Shown: positions 48,290 through 58,110 of the stretch, piece by piece
Layout: each line of letters opens with the position of its first letter
Position numbering within the stretch: the stretch's first letter is position 1
DNA from: Candidatus Aquidulcis sp.
GTDB lineage: Bacteria > Chloroflexota > Anaerolineae > Anaerolineales > UBA4823
Direction of reading: 5' to 3'
Assembly (NCBI GenBank): GCA_020723385.1
Contig: DYIZ01000010.1
Span: forward strand, 5,190-69,189
Length of the DNA: 64,000 nt
The notes under the pieces: generated by a model
Seen by the model: the letters and a program-made list of their open reading frames with translations, nothing else
The model's database searches: none
What the model was told of the DNA's origin: nothing
Position numbers and translations under genes: made by a program

Positions 48290-48624
48290 AAATCGCCCCG
48301 GGAGTTCGTCTTTCGGTTCCGCGATTTTCAACCGGCAACTGCAACCGGCTGGGCAGCGGCCACAGTCCTGAATATTTGCGATAACGCTCGTTTTATGGTG
48401 TGCGGTTTGGTAATTTGCCTGATCCTGGCAGTGATCGTCTAATAGTTGGTCTAAGATGGTCTACAATCGGAATTTATGTGCACGTGTTTCTGGATAAGAG
48501 ACTGCCAAGCGTGTCATACAACAGGCTTCAAATGGGAATCGAGTGATTCGAGTCGCCCCATGATTGGCAGGGTAGTCTTCGGCTACTCCTGAACGCACAC
48601 AATCGAGTTGCAATGTAAATATTG

Positions 48625-48664
48625 ACAGCCGTGGCCACAGGAGGTAGGGCCACGGCTGTGTTTT
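48625..48664 (+). terminator. hairpin + T4 13 nt upstream of recX (attenuator or 3' end of a spacer RNA)
   Basis: acagccgtggcc acaggaggtag ggccacggctgt g tttt. Confidence 0.5.
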
Positions 48665-48672
48665 AATGGGCG

Positions 48673-49317
48673 ATGGGACGGACGATCACTGCTCTCGTAG
48701 TGCAAAAGCGCAACCGCCAACGGGTCAATGTGTACCTGGATGGTGAATTCGCTTTTGGGTTGTCGCTGATTGTGGCAGCCTGGCTGAAAGTGGGGCAGGA
48801 ATTATCCGAAGAGAAAATCGCCGAATTAAACAGTTCAGACGAACATGAAGTGGCCTACCAAAGAGCATTGAAGCTGCTCGAATACCGCCCGCGCGCTGAA
48901 GCCGAAGTGCGCAAGAAACTGACCGAGCATCAATTCCCTGAAGCAGTTGTCGAAGCGGTGTTGGAGCGCCTGCGTCGAAGTGGGTTGGTAGACGATACCC
49001 GGTTTGCCCAGGCCTGGGTGGAGAACCGCAGCGAATTTCGCCCGCGCAGCCGGCGCGCCCTCCAGGTAGAATTACGCCAGCACGGCCTGGACGATGAAGC
49101 CGCCGCTGATGCGCTGTCCGAGGTGGACGATGATGCGCTGGCTCTCCAGGCTGCTGTGAAATATGCACGCAAATTGAAAGATACAGAATGGCTCGACTTT
49201 CGCCGGAAACTGACCGGTTTCCTGGCCCGGCGCGGGTTCACTTACGAAGTAGCTGCCCCGGTCGTGCGTCAAGTCTGGCAAGAGCGCCATTCTGATAATA
49301 CTAAGGTTGAAGAATGA
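48673..49317 (+). CDS. recX: recombination regulator RecX
   Basis: ITALVVQKRNRQRVNVYLDGEFAFGLS, followed by three-helix repeat units (AYQRALKLLEYRPRAEAEVRKKL...). Position downstream of recA. Confidence 0.85.
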   Translation: MGRTITALVVQKRNRQRVNVYLDGEFAFGLSLIVAAWLKVGQELSEEKIAELNSSDEHEVAYQRALKLLEYRPRAEAEVRKKLTEHQFPEAVVEAVLERLRRSGLVDDTRFAQAWVENRSEFRPRSRRALQVELRQHGLDDEAAADALSEVDDDALALQAAVKYARKLKDTEWLDFRRKLTGFLARRGFTYEVAAPVVRQVWQERHSDNTKVEE

Positions 49318-49329
49318 AGAGGTAAGTGT

Positions 49330-50871
49330 ATGCAACCCATAGTTTGGATATTGCTCATCGTGGTTACAGGGATTGTCATGGCTGCCGCCGGCGGCATAGC
49401 CGGATACGCTATCAAAAATAACATCACAAAGAACCAGCAGCTCCGGCAAAAAGACGATATCGCCCGCAAGTTGGCTCAAGCCCAGGAGGAAGCGCACGCT
49501 GTAGAATTGCAGGCCAAAGACAAGGCGCTGCAAATTCGCCAATCGGCCGAAGCGGAGGTCGCCCGCCGCCGCGCTGAACTGACCCGTGAAGAGGATCGGC
49601 TGCAAAAGCGGCGCGAGGAAGTTGACAATCGCACCGACCGGCTGGAGAAGCGCGAGCAGGCGCTAAACAAACGCCAGAGTCTGATGGACAAGCGCACCAA
49701 CGAGCTGGAAAAGATGCACGAGCAGGAAATCGCTGAGCTCCAGAAAATTTCGCAGATGACGACCGAAGAGGCGCGCGGCATTCTATTAGCCGAAGTCGAA
49801 AAGGAAGCCCGCGCCGATATGGCCCGCATCATCCGGCAGATCGAAGCGGAAGCCCGCGAAGAAGGCGACAGCCGGGCGCGGGAATTGATCGCCACCGCGA
49901 TCCAACGGGTCGCATCTGACCATGTCGCCGAAGTGACCACCTCTCTCGTCCCGCTGCCATCCGATGAGATGAAGGGCCGTATCATTGGCCGCAATGGCCG
50001 CAACATTCACGCATTCGAGCAGCTTGCCGGGGTGGACGTGATCGTTGACGACACCCCCGAGGCTGTCACCATCTCCTGCTTCGACCCCGTTCGGCGGGAA
50101 ATCGCCCGCCGGTCGCTGGCGAAGCTCATCCTGGACGGGCGTATCCACCCGGCGCACGTCGAAAAAGTGCTCAAGAATGAGCAAAAAGATGTCGAGCGGG
50201 ATATTGCCGACGCCGGTGAGCAGGCTGCTTACGATGCAGGCGTGGCCGGATTGCACCCTGAAATCTTGAAGATGCTTGGGCGGCTGAAATATCGCACCTC
50301 CTACGGGCAGAACCAACTTTCTCACGCCGTTGAGGTCTCCAAGCTGGCATCGGTGATCGCTGCCGAGCTGGGCGCGGATGTCGAAATCTGTAAAGCCGGC
50401 GCGCTGCTGCACGATCTGGGCAAGGCGATGGATTTCAACCTCGAAGGGACGCACGCCGCCCTGGGGGCCGATTACGCCAAGCGCTACGGCATCAACGCCA
50501 AGGTGGTCAATGCCATTGCATCACACCATCATGAGGTAGAGCAGGACACTGTAGAAGCGGTCATCGTCGAGGCTGCCGATGCAGTCTCCGGCGCACGGCC
50601 GGGCGCTCGCCGTGAAAGCCTGGAAATGTATCTAAAGCGGGTGAAAGCGCTGGAAGAAATCGCCAACTCGCAGAAAGGCGTCAATACAAGCTACGCCTTG
50701 CAGGCTGGCCGCGAGATCCGCATCTTCGTCAAACCCGAGGACATTGACGATCTCGACTCGATCCGGCTGGCGCGGGATATCGCCAAGCGGATTGAGGAGA
50801 CCATGCAGTACCCCGGTCAGATCAAAGTGACGGTGATCCGCGAGACACGTGCAGTAGATTACGCTAAATAA
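49330..50871 (+). CDS. rny: ribonuclease Y
   Basis: N-terminal TM, coiled-coil region, KH domain (GRIIGRNGRNIHAFEQLAGVDVIVDD) and HD domain (LLHDLGKA ... ASHH); 513 aa. Confidence 0.9.
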   Translation: MQPIVWILLIVVTGIVMAAAGGIAGYAIKNNITKNQQLRQKDDIARKLAQAQEEAHAVELQAKDKALQIRQSAEAEVARRRAELTREEDRLQKRREEVDNRTDRLEKREQALNKRQSLMDKRTNELEKMHEQEIAELQKISQMTTEEARGILLAEVEKEARADMARIIRQIEAEAREEGDSRARELIATAIQRVASDHVAEVTTSLVPLPSDEMKGRIIGRNGRNIHAFEQLAGVDVIVDDTPEAVTISCFDPVRREIARRSLAKLILDGRIHPAHVEKVLKNEQKDVERDIADAGEQAAYDAGVAGLHPEILKMLGRLKYRTSYGQNQLSHAVEVSKLASVIAAELGADVEICKAGALLHDLGKAMDFNLEGTHAALGADYAKRYGINAKVVNAIASHHHEVEQDTVEAVIVEAADAVSGARPGARRESLEMYLKRVKALEEIANSQKGVNTSYALQAGREIRIFVKPEDIDDLDSIRLARDIAKRIEETMQYPGQIKVTVIRETRAVDYAK

Positions 50872-50892
50872 ATTGGGCTTTCCTGTCTAAAT

Positions 50893-50930
50893 AAAACTCC
50901 CGGAGTTTCCAAAACCCCGGGAGTTTTTGC
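50893..50930 (+). terminator. rny terminator (member of the GGTTT-loop-AAACC palindrome family)
   Basis: aaaactcccgg agtttccaaaacc ccgggagttttt gc. Confidence 0.65.
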
Positions 50931-51077
50931 GGCTGCCGAAACTTTTGCGCTATACCCAAAAGAGCCTCGCTTTATCTCCCGCTCCATATTTTGTGATATG
51001 ATACGCGTGTTGGGAGGTTTATACCAGGTCGTTGGTTTCGACCGCTTTTGGTTGCGCAGTCCTGGAAAGTCTCGCCC

Positions 51078-52904
51078 ATGGATACTTCTCTTCAATACAT
51101 TTTTTTCATCATTCTGGCCCCATTGGCAGCATTAATCATCATCGGGCTGATGGCTTACGCCCGGATCATGTATCCATCAGCAGAAACGCGCACCCTGACC
51201 TGGACGATCCTGTTCGTCGCCGGCTGGCTGGTTTTCAACGCCCTGGAGCTGGCCGACCCTACCGAGAGAGGCTCCGTTTTCTGGTCGAAAGTCAGTTATT
51301 TTTTTATCGCATTCGCTCCTGTGACCTGGGTTGGGTTTGCCGCTCGTTTTGCCAAACGTGAGCAATGGTTGACTCCCTCCTGGCTGTTGATATCGAGCAT
51401 TATTCCAACGATTACCCTGATCCTGGTTTGGACCAATGAACAGCATTACCTGTTCTGGACAACCTACCATTTCACGCCGGTAGCAGGCATGTTGGCTTTT
51501 GGTGTGGATCATGGCCCCTGGTATTGGGTGCAGATGATCTTCTCTTACGTGCTGGTTATGGCCGGGGCGTATTTCATCATCCACCAGTATTTCAAGTCAT
51601 TTCGACTTTACCGCCAGCAGTCAGCCTGGCTGGTTGTTGGCGCGCTGACACCGATCATCGTCAACGCCATCTATGTTTTTCACCTGGTTCCTGGCTGGGA
51701 AAAAGATTACACCTCTCTCAGTTTCGCGGTTGCCATGCTGGCATTTTCTGTAAGTGTCTTCCGCTACCATCTGTTCGATCTGAAACCGGTCGCCCGCGAG
51801 GCGGTAGTGGACAGTATGCGCGATGCCATGATCGTGGTGGATTTATTGGGACGGGTGGTTGACATCAATCCGGCTGCCAAAACCCTGGTGGGATTGCCTT
51901 CATACCAGATCATCGGGCAACCCATCGGTAAAATCATCCCCGTCTGGAATGAACTGGTGGCCCCAAATTCCCAGACACAGGATATTCAGACGGTGATCGA
52001 GTGGGAAACGGGCGGAGAAAGGCGTTTTTACGCCCTGAGAGTATCACCCTTCGAGGACCGATGGGGGCGCTCGGCCGGGCGGTTGGCCTTGCTCATGGAT
52101 TTCACCGCCCGCATGAGGTCAGAAGTAGAATTACGGCGCTACACAGCCGATCTCGAAACCAGCAATCAAGAGCTGGATGCTTTTGCCCACACGGTAGCCC
52201 ACGACCTCAAAAACCCGCTGGCTTCCTTGACGATGGCCATGCACCTGCTCCGAGACAGCCTCTCCGAGGGCATGACCGGGATGGCCGAACAATTCCTTTC
52301 CACGGCTGACAACACGATTCAAAAGATGAGCAACATCATTGATGCGCTGTTGATCCTGTCCAGCGTACGTAAGATGGATGAAGTCCGCCAATCGCCCGTA
52401 GACACTGCCAAAATTGTCGCAGAGGCGTCCATGCGGCTGGCGAATTTGTGCGAACGCACCCAGGCCGAGATCATCTATGCGGATCATTGGCCCGCCGCTA
52501 TGGGGTATGCCCCTTGGATCGAGGAAGTGTGGGTCAACTACATGAGCAATGCCATCAAATATGGCGGGAAGCCGCCTCGCGTCGAGCTGGGCGCAGATGA
52601 ATTATTGGTGGACGAGGATAAGCCGATGGTGCGCTTCTGGGCGCGCGACAACGGACCGGGCCTCTCTGACGAGCAAAAGGCGCGCATCTTCACCCCGTTT
52701 TCGCGCATCGGCAATTTGCAGGTAGAAGGGCACGGCTTGGGGTTATCCATTGTGCTTCGTATTATCACCAAGCTGGGCGGCGCGGTGGGCGTGGACAGCC
52801 AGCCGGGGGAAGGCAGCCGTTTCTGGTTCACGCTACCCGCCGCGTCGCCGTTGGATGACAGCGCGCCAGTGAAAGTGGCGGCTTTCGATGAAAGGTTATT
52901 GTAG
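51078..52904 (+). CDS. sensor histidine kinase with a multi-pass N-terminal domain and PAS
   Basis: Start ATG 51078 (MDTSLQYIFFIILAP). About 7 TM segments. H-box FAHTVAHDLKNPL. N, G1 and G2 boxes (NAIKYG, DNGPGL, GHGLGLSI). Confidence 0.85.
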   Translation: MDTSLQYIFFIILAPLAALIIIGLMAYARIMYPSAETRTLTWTILFVAGWLVFNALELADPTERGSVFWSKVSYFFIAFAPVTWVGFAARFAKREQWLTPSWLLISSIIPTITLILVWTNEQHYLFWTTYHFTPVAGMLAFGVDHGPWYWVQMIFSYVLVMAGAYFIIHQYFKSFRLYRQQSAWLVVGALTPIIVNAIYVFHLVPGWEKDYTSLSFAVAMLAFSVSVFRYHLFDLKPVAREAVVDSMRDAMIVVDLLGRVVDINPAAKTLVGLPSYQIIGQPIGKIIPVWNELVAPNSQTQDIQTVIEWETGGERRFYALRVSPFEDRWGRSAGRLALLMDFTARMRSEVELRRYTADLETSNQELDAFAHTVAHDLKNPLASLTMAMHLLRDSLSEGMTGMAEQFLSTADNTIQKMSNIIDALLILSSVRKMDEVRQSPVDTAKIVAEASMRLANLCERTQAEIIYADHWPAAMGYAPWIEEVWVNYMSNAIKYGGKPPRVELGADELLVDEDKPMVRFWARDNGPGLSDEQKARIFTPFSRIGNLQVEGHGLGLSIVLRIITKLGGAVGVDSQPGEGSRFWFTLPAASPLDDSAPVKVAAFDERLL

Positions 52905-53528
52905 AAACGGGTTATACCGAATTTCATCCCCCACGGTGGTCGCTTCCCCATGCCCGGAAAGCAGGCGGGTATCCTCGGGCAGGGAGAGAATCTGCGAGCG
53001 GATGCTCTCGATGATCGTTTCGTAGTCGCCGCCAGGCAGATCGGTGCGGCCGATACTCTCTCGAAAAATCAAATCACCGCAAAAGACGAGTTTCTCCGCA
53101 GCGCAATAGTACACCACGTGACCCGGCGTGTGCCCGGGAGTGTGGCGTACCTCGAAAGTATTGCCCCCCAGGTGCAGAATTTGCCCGTGCTGCAAGTCGA
53201 AATCCGGCTCCGGGCCAACATCTATACGCATACCAAACAGCGGCGCGCCGCCCTGCGCCCGCCAAAGCAGGCGGTCTGCCGGGTGAATGGCGACCACCGG
53301 GGAATGGTCGAGGCCGTCGGCGATGGCCGCCGCGCCGCCGAAATGGTCGAAGTGGGCGTGCGTCAGCCAGAGATGCCCAATGCGCCAGCCGCGCCGGGCC
53401 GCCTCCGCCATGATCACCGCGCCGTCCCAGGCCGGGTCAATCACCGCCGCCTCGCCGCTGGCTGGGTCAGCGATCAGATAGGCGTTGGTTTGGACGGGAC
53501 CGAGGATGAGGGGGATGATGGAGAGCAT
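52896..53528 (-). CDS. MBL-fold metallo-hydrolase (glyoxalase II-like)
   Basis: THAHFDHFGG (HxHxDH), HTPGHTPGH, GDLIF ... GHG; 210 aa. Confidence 0.85.
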   Translation of the reverse strand: MLSIIPLILGPVQTNAYLIADPASGEAAVIDPAWDGAVIMAEAARRGWRIGHLWLTHAHFDHFGGAAAIADGLDHSPVVAIHPADRLLWRAQGGAPLFGMRIDVGPEPDFDLQHGQILHLGGNTFEVRHTPGHTPGHVVYYCAAEKLVFCGDLIFRESIGRTDLPGGDYETIIESIRSQILSLPEDTRLLSGHGEATTVGDEIRYNPFLQ

Positions 53529-53530
53529 GT

Positions 53531-53614
53531 CAGTGACCAGTTATCAGTAATCAGTAATCAGTGATCAGTAATCAGTGATCAGTGATCAGTGATCAGTAAT
53601 CAGTAATCAGTAGA
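53531..53614. repeat. twelve tandem CAGT(G/A)AT heptamers starting 3 nt from the MBL start codon
   Basis: cagtgac cagttat cagtaat cagtaat cagtgat cagtaat cagtgat cagtgat cagtgat cagtaat cagtaat cagtaga. Confidence 0.95.
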
Positions 53615-53636
53615 AGTACAAAGAGTTGCCAACTTG

Positions 53637-53700
53637 CATATTTGCTGATTTGCTGATTTGCCTATTTGCTGATTTGCCTATTTGCTCATTTGCTCTCTTG
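53637..53700. repeat. eight tandem C(T/C)NATTTG octamers, partly complementary to the adjacent heptamer array
   Basis: catatttg ctgatttg ctgatttg cctatttg ctgatttg cctatttg ctcatttg ctctcttg. This covers the stop and last codons of 53686..54411. Confidence 0.95.
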
Positions 53701-54411
53701 CCGCCGCCTCTTGAGCAGTTTCATCCCAAACTCGATGATACTGTCCAGGCTGAGCACTGAGCCGAGCAGCGCCCCCCCCCCGCCGATCACCCGCGCGGTC
53801 ACGCCGCCTACCCCAAATAAATTGACCGCCCGGATTTCGAGGCGCTGCGCCGAGACGACCAGCTCGCTCGGGTCGCCGCCGGCTTTGGGGATGAAGTGCA
53901 GCTTGAGCCAGACGGTGCCGCGGTAATCCCCCACCGCTTCGGGCTGCACGCTCCAATAGAACGTGACCGATTGCCCCGGCAGCAGCGGCTGGCTGATGTG
54001 TTCGGCAGGCGAGATGTTCAGCCCGGCGATGTCGAGCCAGGATTCGGCCATCACGTTGTGCGTGTCGTACAGGTTCGGGATAGTGACATTCCCGCCGCCA
54101 ACCTCGTGCCCGCCCACCTCGGCGGTGGGGATGATGTTCCCCAGCGTGTCCACTTCCAAGGTCAGGCGCACAGTGTCCGAATCACCGGCGCGGATGGCGT
54201 TGGGCCATTCCAGCGTCAGGCGGCGGGATTCGGTGATGGCGGGGACTGCGGTCGCTGCCTCGACTCCCGGAGACATGGGAGTCGCGCCGGGAGCCTGGGT
54301 CGGCTGGGGGCTGGGGAGAGCTTGCGTCCCGGCGCAGGCGTAAGCGGCGAGCGCCAGCATAACAATGGCGATCAACGGGACACAGCGGGAACGGAACGGT
54401 CGGCGGGACAT
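53686..54411 (-). CDS. hypothetical exported protein with a C-terminal membrane anchor
   Basis: Start chosen at ATG 54411 (MSRRPFRSRCVPLIAIVMLALAAYACAG). C-terminal hydrophobic VIGGGGALLGSVLSL. No recognised domain. Confidence 0.5.
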   Translation of the reverse strand: MSRRPFRSRCVPLIAIVMLALAAYACAGTQALPSPQPTQAPGATPMSPGVEAATAVPAITESRRLTLEWPNAIRAGDSDTVRLTLEVDTLGNIIPTAEVGGHEVGGGNVTIPNLYDTHNVMAESWLDIAGLNISPAEHISQPLLPGQSVTFYWSVQPEAVGDYRGTVWLKLHFIPKAGGDPSELVVSAQRLEIRAVNLFGVGGVTARVIGGGGALLGSVLSLDSIIEFGMKLLKRRRQESK

Positions 54412-54649
54412 GAGTCTCTTCCGGGTCAGATGATCCCCATCAGCCCAGGGATCCATCCCTCCGGGGTGGGAAGCTGCATCTGGGTGGGAGCGATCAACAG
54501 GCTGCGAGTCGCATCTCCGAGAGGCCATAATCCCCAGATCAATAGCGCCAGAGAGATGAGCAAGATCAATAATCCGATCAACCGGCGGGCGGTGCGTGCG
54601 TTCATGCGACAATTATACTTGGCTTTGATTCGGAAGCGTGCTACACTTC

Positions 54650-54684
54650 CAGTGAACAGTAATCAGTGATCAGTCATCAGTGAA
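54650..54684. repeat. five CAGTNA(T/A) heptamers directly upstream of the tryptophanase RBS
   Basis: cagtgaa cagtaat cagtgat cagtcat cagtgaa, then aggaaaggttATG. Confidence 0.9.
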
Positions 54685-54694
54685 AGGAAAGGTT

Positions 54695-56077
<1,383 letters not shown>

Positions 56078-56163
56078 AAGTTGAAGGTCGGCAGAGCCTG
56101 CCCTGAGCTTATCGAAGGGTTGAAGGTGAATCACTGAAAGGATGAAAAGGATGATGAATAGGC

Positions 56164-56214
56164 CACGAATACGCGAATGGCGGCTTGCGGGCCATGGTCA
56201 TTCGCGTATTCGTG
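56164..56214. repeat. perfect 16-bp inverted repeat built from CATTCGCG/CACGAAT words
   Basis: cacgaatacgcgaatg (56164..56179), a 19-nt loop, cattcgcgtattcgtg (56199..56214); between tnaA and the TA pair. Confidence 0.9.
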
Positions 56215-56290
56215 CAGTATTCATGGACGGTTTATGCAATCATATTGAGAATTGTTGGTTTCCGTGTACAATAAAGGCCAGGAGCTTTCG

Positions 56291-56584
56291 ATGAACGCTT
56301 ATCCTTTTGACACAGCCCGCCTGGTCGAGATATGCCGCCAAAATGACGTTTCTATGGTGGGCGTCTTTGGCTCGATGGCGCGCGGCGAGGCCACGGAAAA
56401 AAGCGATATTGACCTTTTGGTGAAATTTGCCAAACGGAAGAGCCTGCTTGCGCTTGTAAAGCTGGAACGCGAGCTTTCCACAGCCCTGGGGAGAAAAGTG
56501 GATTTGTTGACGGAACCCGCGCTCAGCCCCTATATCCGAGACCGCATTTTGCGCGAGTTGAAGGTGATCTATGAAGCGCGATGA
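56291..56584 (+). CDS. mntA: MNT-type nucleotidyltransferase antitoxin
   Basis: ATG 56291 after AGGAG. NTase motif VGVFGSMARGEATEKSDIDLLV. Confidence 0.8.
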   Translation: MNAYPFDTARLVEICRQNDVSMVGVFGSMARGEATEKSDIDLLVKFAKRKSLLALVKLERELSTALGRKVDLLTEPALSPYIRDRILRELKVIYEAR

Positions 56585-56921
56585 GACTGTCTATCTCCAG
56601 CACATACTGGATGCCATAGCTCTGGTTGAAGAATATCTGAACGGGATTAGCGAAGACCAATTCCACAAACGTCATTTGATTCAAGATGGCGTGATTCGGC
56701 AGCTCGAAATCATCGGCGAAGCTGTGAAACATCTTTCGAACGAGCTGCGCGATCAATACCCGCACATTCCCTGGCAAGACATTGCTGGCACTCGAGACAA
56801 ACTCATCCACGACTATTTTGGGGTTGATGTGGATAAAGTCTGGCTCATGGCGCGGGAAGATCTTCCAGCATTCAAATCAGAAGTGACCGCGATACTCGAC
56901 AAGTTTCAGCCTGGGGGATAA
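56571..56921 (+). CDS. hepT: HepT (DUF86/HEPN) toxin
   Basis: Overlaps the upstream gene by 14 nt. HEPN Rx4H motif in IAGTRDKLIHDYFGVD. Confidence 0.8.
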   Translation: MKRDETVYLQHILDAIALVEEYLNGISEDQFHKRHLIQDGVIRQLEIIGEAVKHLSNELRDQYPHIPWQDIAGTRDKLIHDYFGVDVDKVWLMAREDLPAFKSEVTAILDKFQPGG

Positions 56922-56938
56922 GTCAAAATTTTCCCAAC

Positions 56939-57071
56939 CCGCTCGACCGTGACATGGGCTGGCGCGATATTCGGGGGCAGCCGACATCCGTGCCATCCGC
57001 GTATCCGTGTAAAAATCCGTTGGCGACCACCATCCGCTTGACCGTGACATGGGCCGGCGCGATAATTGGGG
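56939..57071. repeat. two 38-nt direct repeats (34/38 identical) 95 nt apart, plus a partial third copy
   Basis: ccgctcgaccgtgacatgggctggcgcgatattcgggg (56939..56976) versus ccgcttgaccgtgacatgggccggcgcgataattgggg (57034..57071). gcgataattgg recurs at 57092..57102. Confidence 0.85.
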
Positions 57072-57185
57072 CGGTAGGGCCAATCAGGGTTGCGATAATT
57101 GGCTGAGGGATATGGATGGTGAGGATCAGGAAAATGGTTCAACCGAATCAATGTTAGCAGCTTAGATACCTAAAGGGTAGATGTT

Positions 57186-57785
57186 ATGCTTCAACAAAGA
57201 AAGTTTTGGTTTCTCCTTGCCATTATCGCAGTATTGGCCGTTGGAGCAATTCTTGCCTTGATTTTCCTGCGTTAACCGATAGTCAAAGCACAGACCTTTG
57301 AGCATATACAACAGACTTTCAATGCTATTCCTGACTACACAGAGGCCGAGCTAATATATCAGAAATATTATGGTTGTACGAAGTGCCGCTACGCTTATAT
57401 GCTGGCTTTGTATGCCACAAATGTATCTCCTGATGAAGTTTGTGCCTTCTATTACTGGAATTTTATTCAGAAGTCAAAGTGGAATTACGGAGGTGGCTAT
57501 GAAGGTGAAGACAAAGGTTGCCCACGGGGCACTATAGACGCCAGAAGGCCCTTTACAAACAGCATGCAAGAAGAAGGATTTCTACTGGTTACATACGAGA
57601 GCAACAACACATCGGATTTGGGATTATTTCCACAAGAAGCGATCAATAAGTCCATCGCCGTTGGGAAAACAGTTTATTTCATTGGTGTTAATTACACTCA
57701 AAACACTGAAGTACGTAATCGTGAATGCCCACCAGCCGTCCTAGGTATTTGTGGAAATGATTGGTGGGAAATAGACAACCCATAA
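57186..57785 (+). pseudogene. membrane-anchored Cys-containing protein gene interrupted by one in-frame TAA (or a 29-codon microORF plus a separate downstream ORF)
   Basis: ATG 57186 encodes MLQQRKFWFLLAIIAVLAVGAILALIFLR, followed by TAA at 57273..57275. The same frame then continues open (PIVKAQTFEHIQQTFNAIPDYTEAELIYQKYYGCTKCRYAY-MLALYATNVSPDEV...) to the stop at 57785. The track ORF 57399..57785 is the distal part. Confidence 0.5.
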
Positions 57786-58110
57786 GTGTAGAAGTGTTGG
57801 CCAACATCCGGCCGAAGCTGACTGGGCTAATGAGGCAGCCAGTGTTAGTTCATGCGGCAGCGAGGGTGGCTTGGGTGGTCGCGAGCCTTGCCAGCACCGT
57901 CACAACCCAATCCTGTCCCCTTGTGATAAACCAACATCGCCATCTGATAAACGAATATCACGAAATGATAGGGGAGGGGCCGGAGGTGAGGTTGGGTGGG
58001 CAATCGTAAGCGAGTTTGTTTCACCGGTCGGAAAATTGGAAAAGCCACAATCCACCGCATTGTTCAGCCGCCAATCAAGGCAGTTCATCATATCTTTTCA
58101 GGAGAAAAGC

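Noticed and set aside
48395-48442. 15-codon hydrophobic mini-ORF (MVCGLVICLILAVIV) as a type I toxin next to recA.
   Set aside because: It has no Shine-Dalgarno sequence, is shorter than known type I toxins, and has no identifiable antisense RNA. It is kept only as a note inside the spacer finding.
53531-53700. Possible CRISPR array, given the dense tandem repeats.
   Set aside because: The period is 7 or 8 nt with no unique spacers, and there are no cas genes in the window.
56939-57071. Possible mini-CRISPR or integron attC sites, given the 38-nt direct repeats.
   Set aside because: There are only two full copies, which differ at 4 positions, separated by a 57-nt spacer that is itself made of short words. 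There are no cas or intI genes, and no RYYYAAC/GTTRRRY ends.
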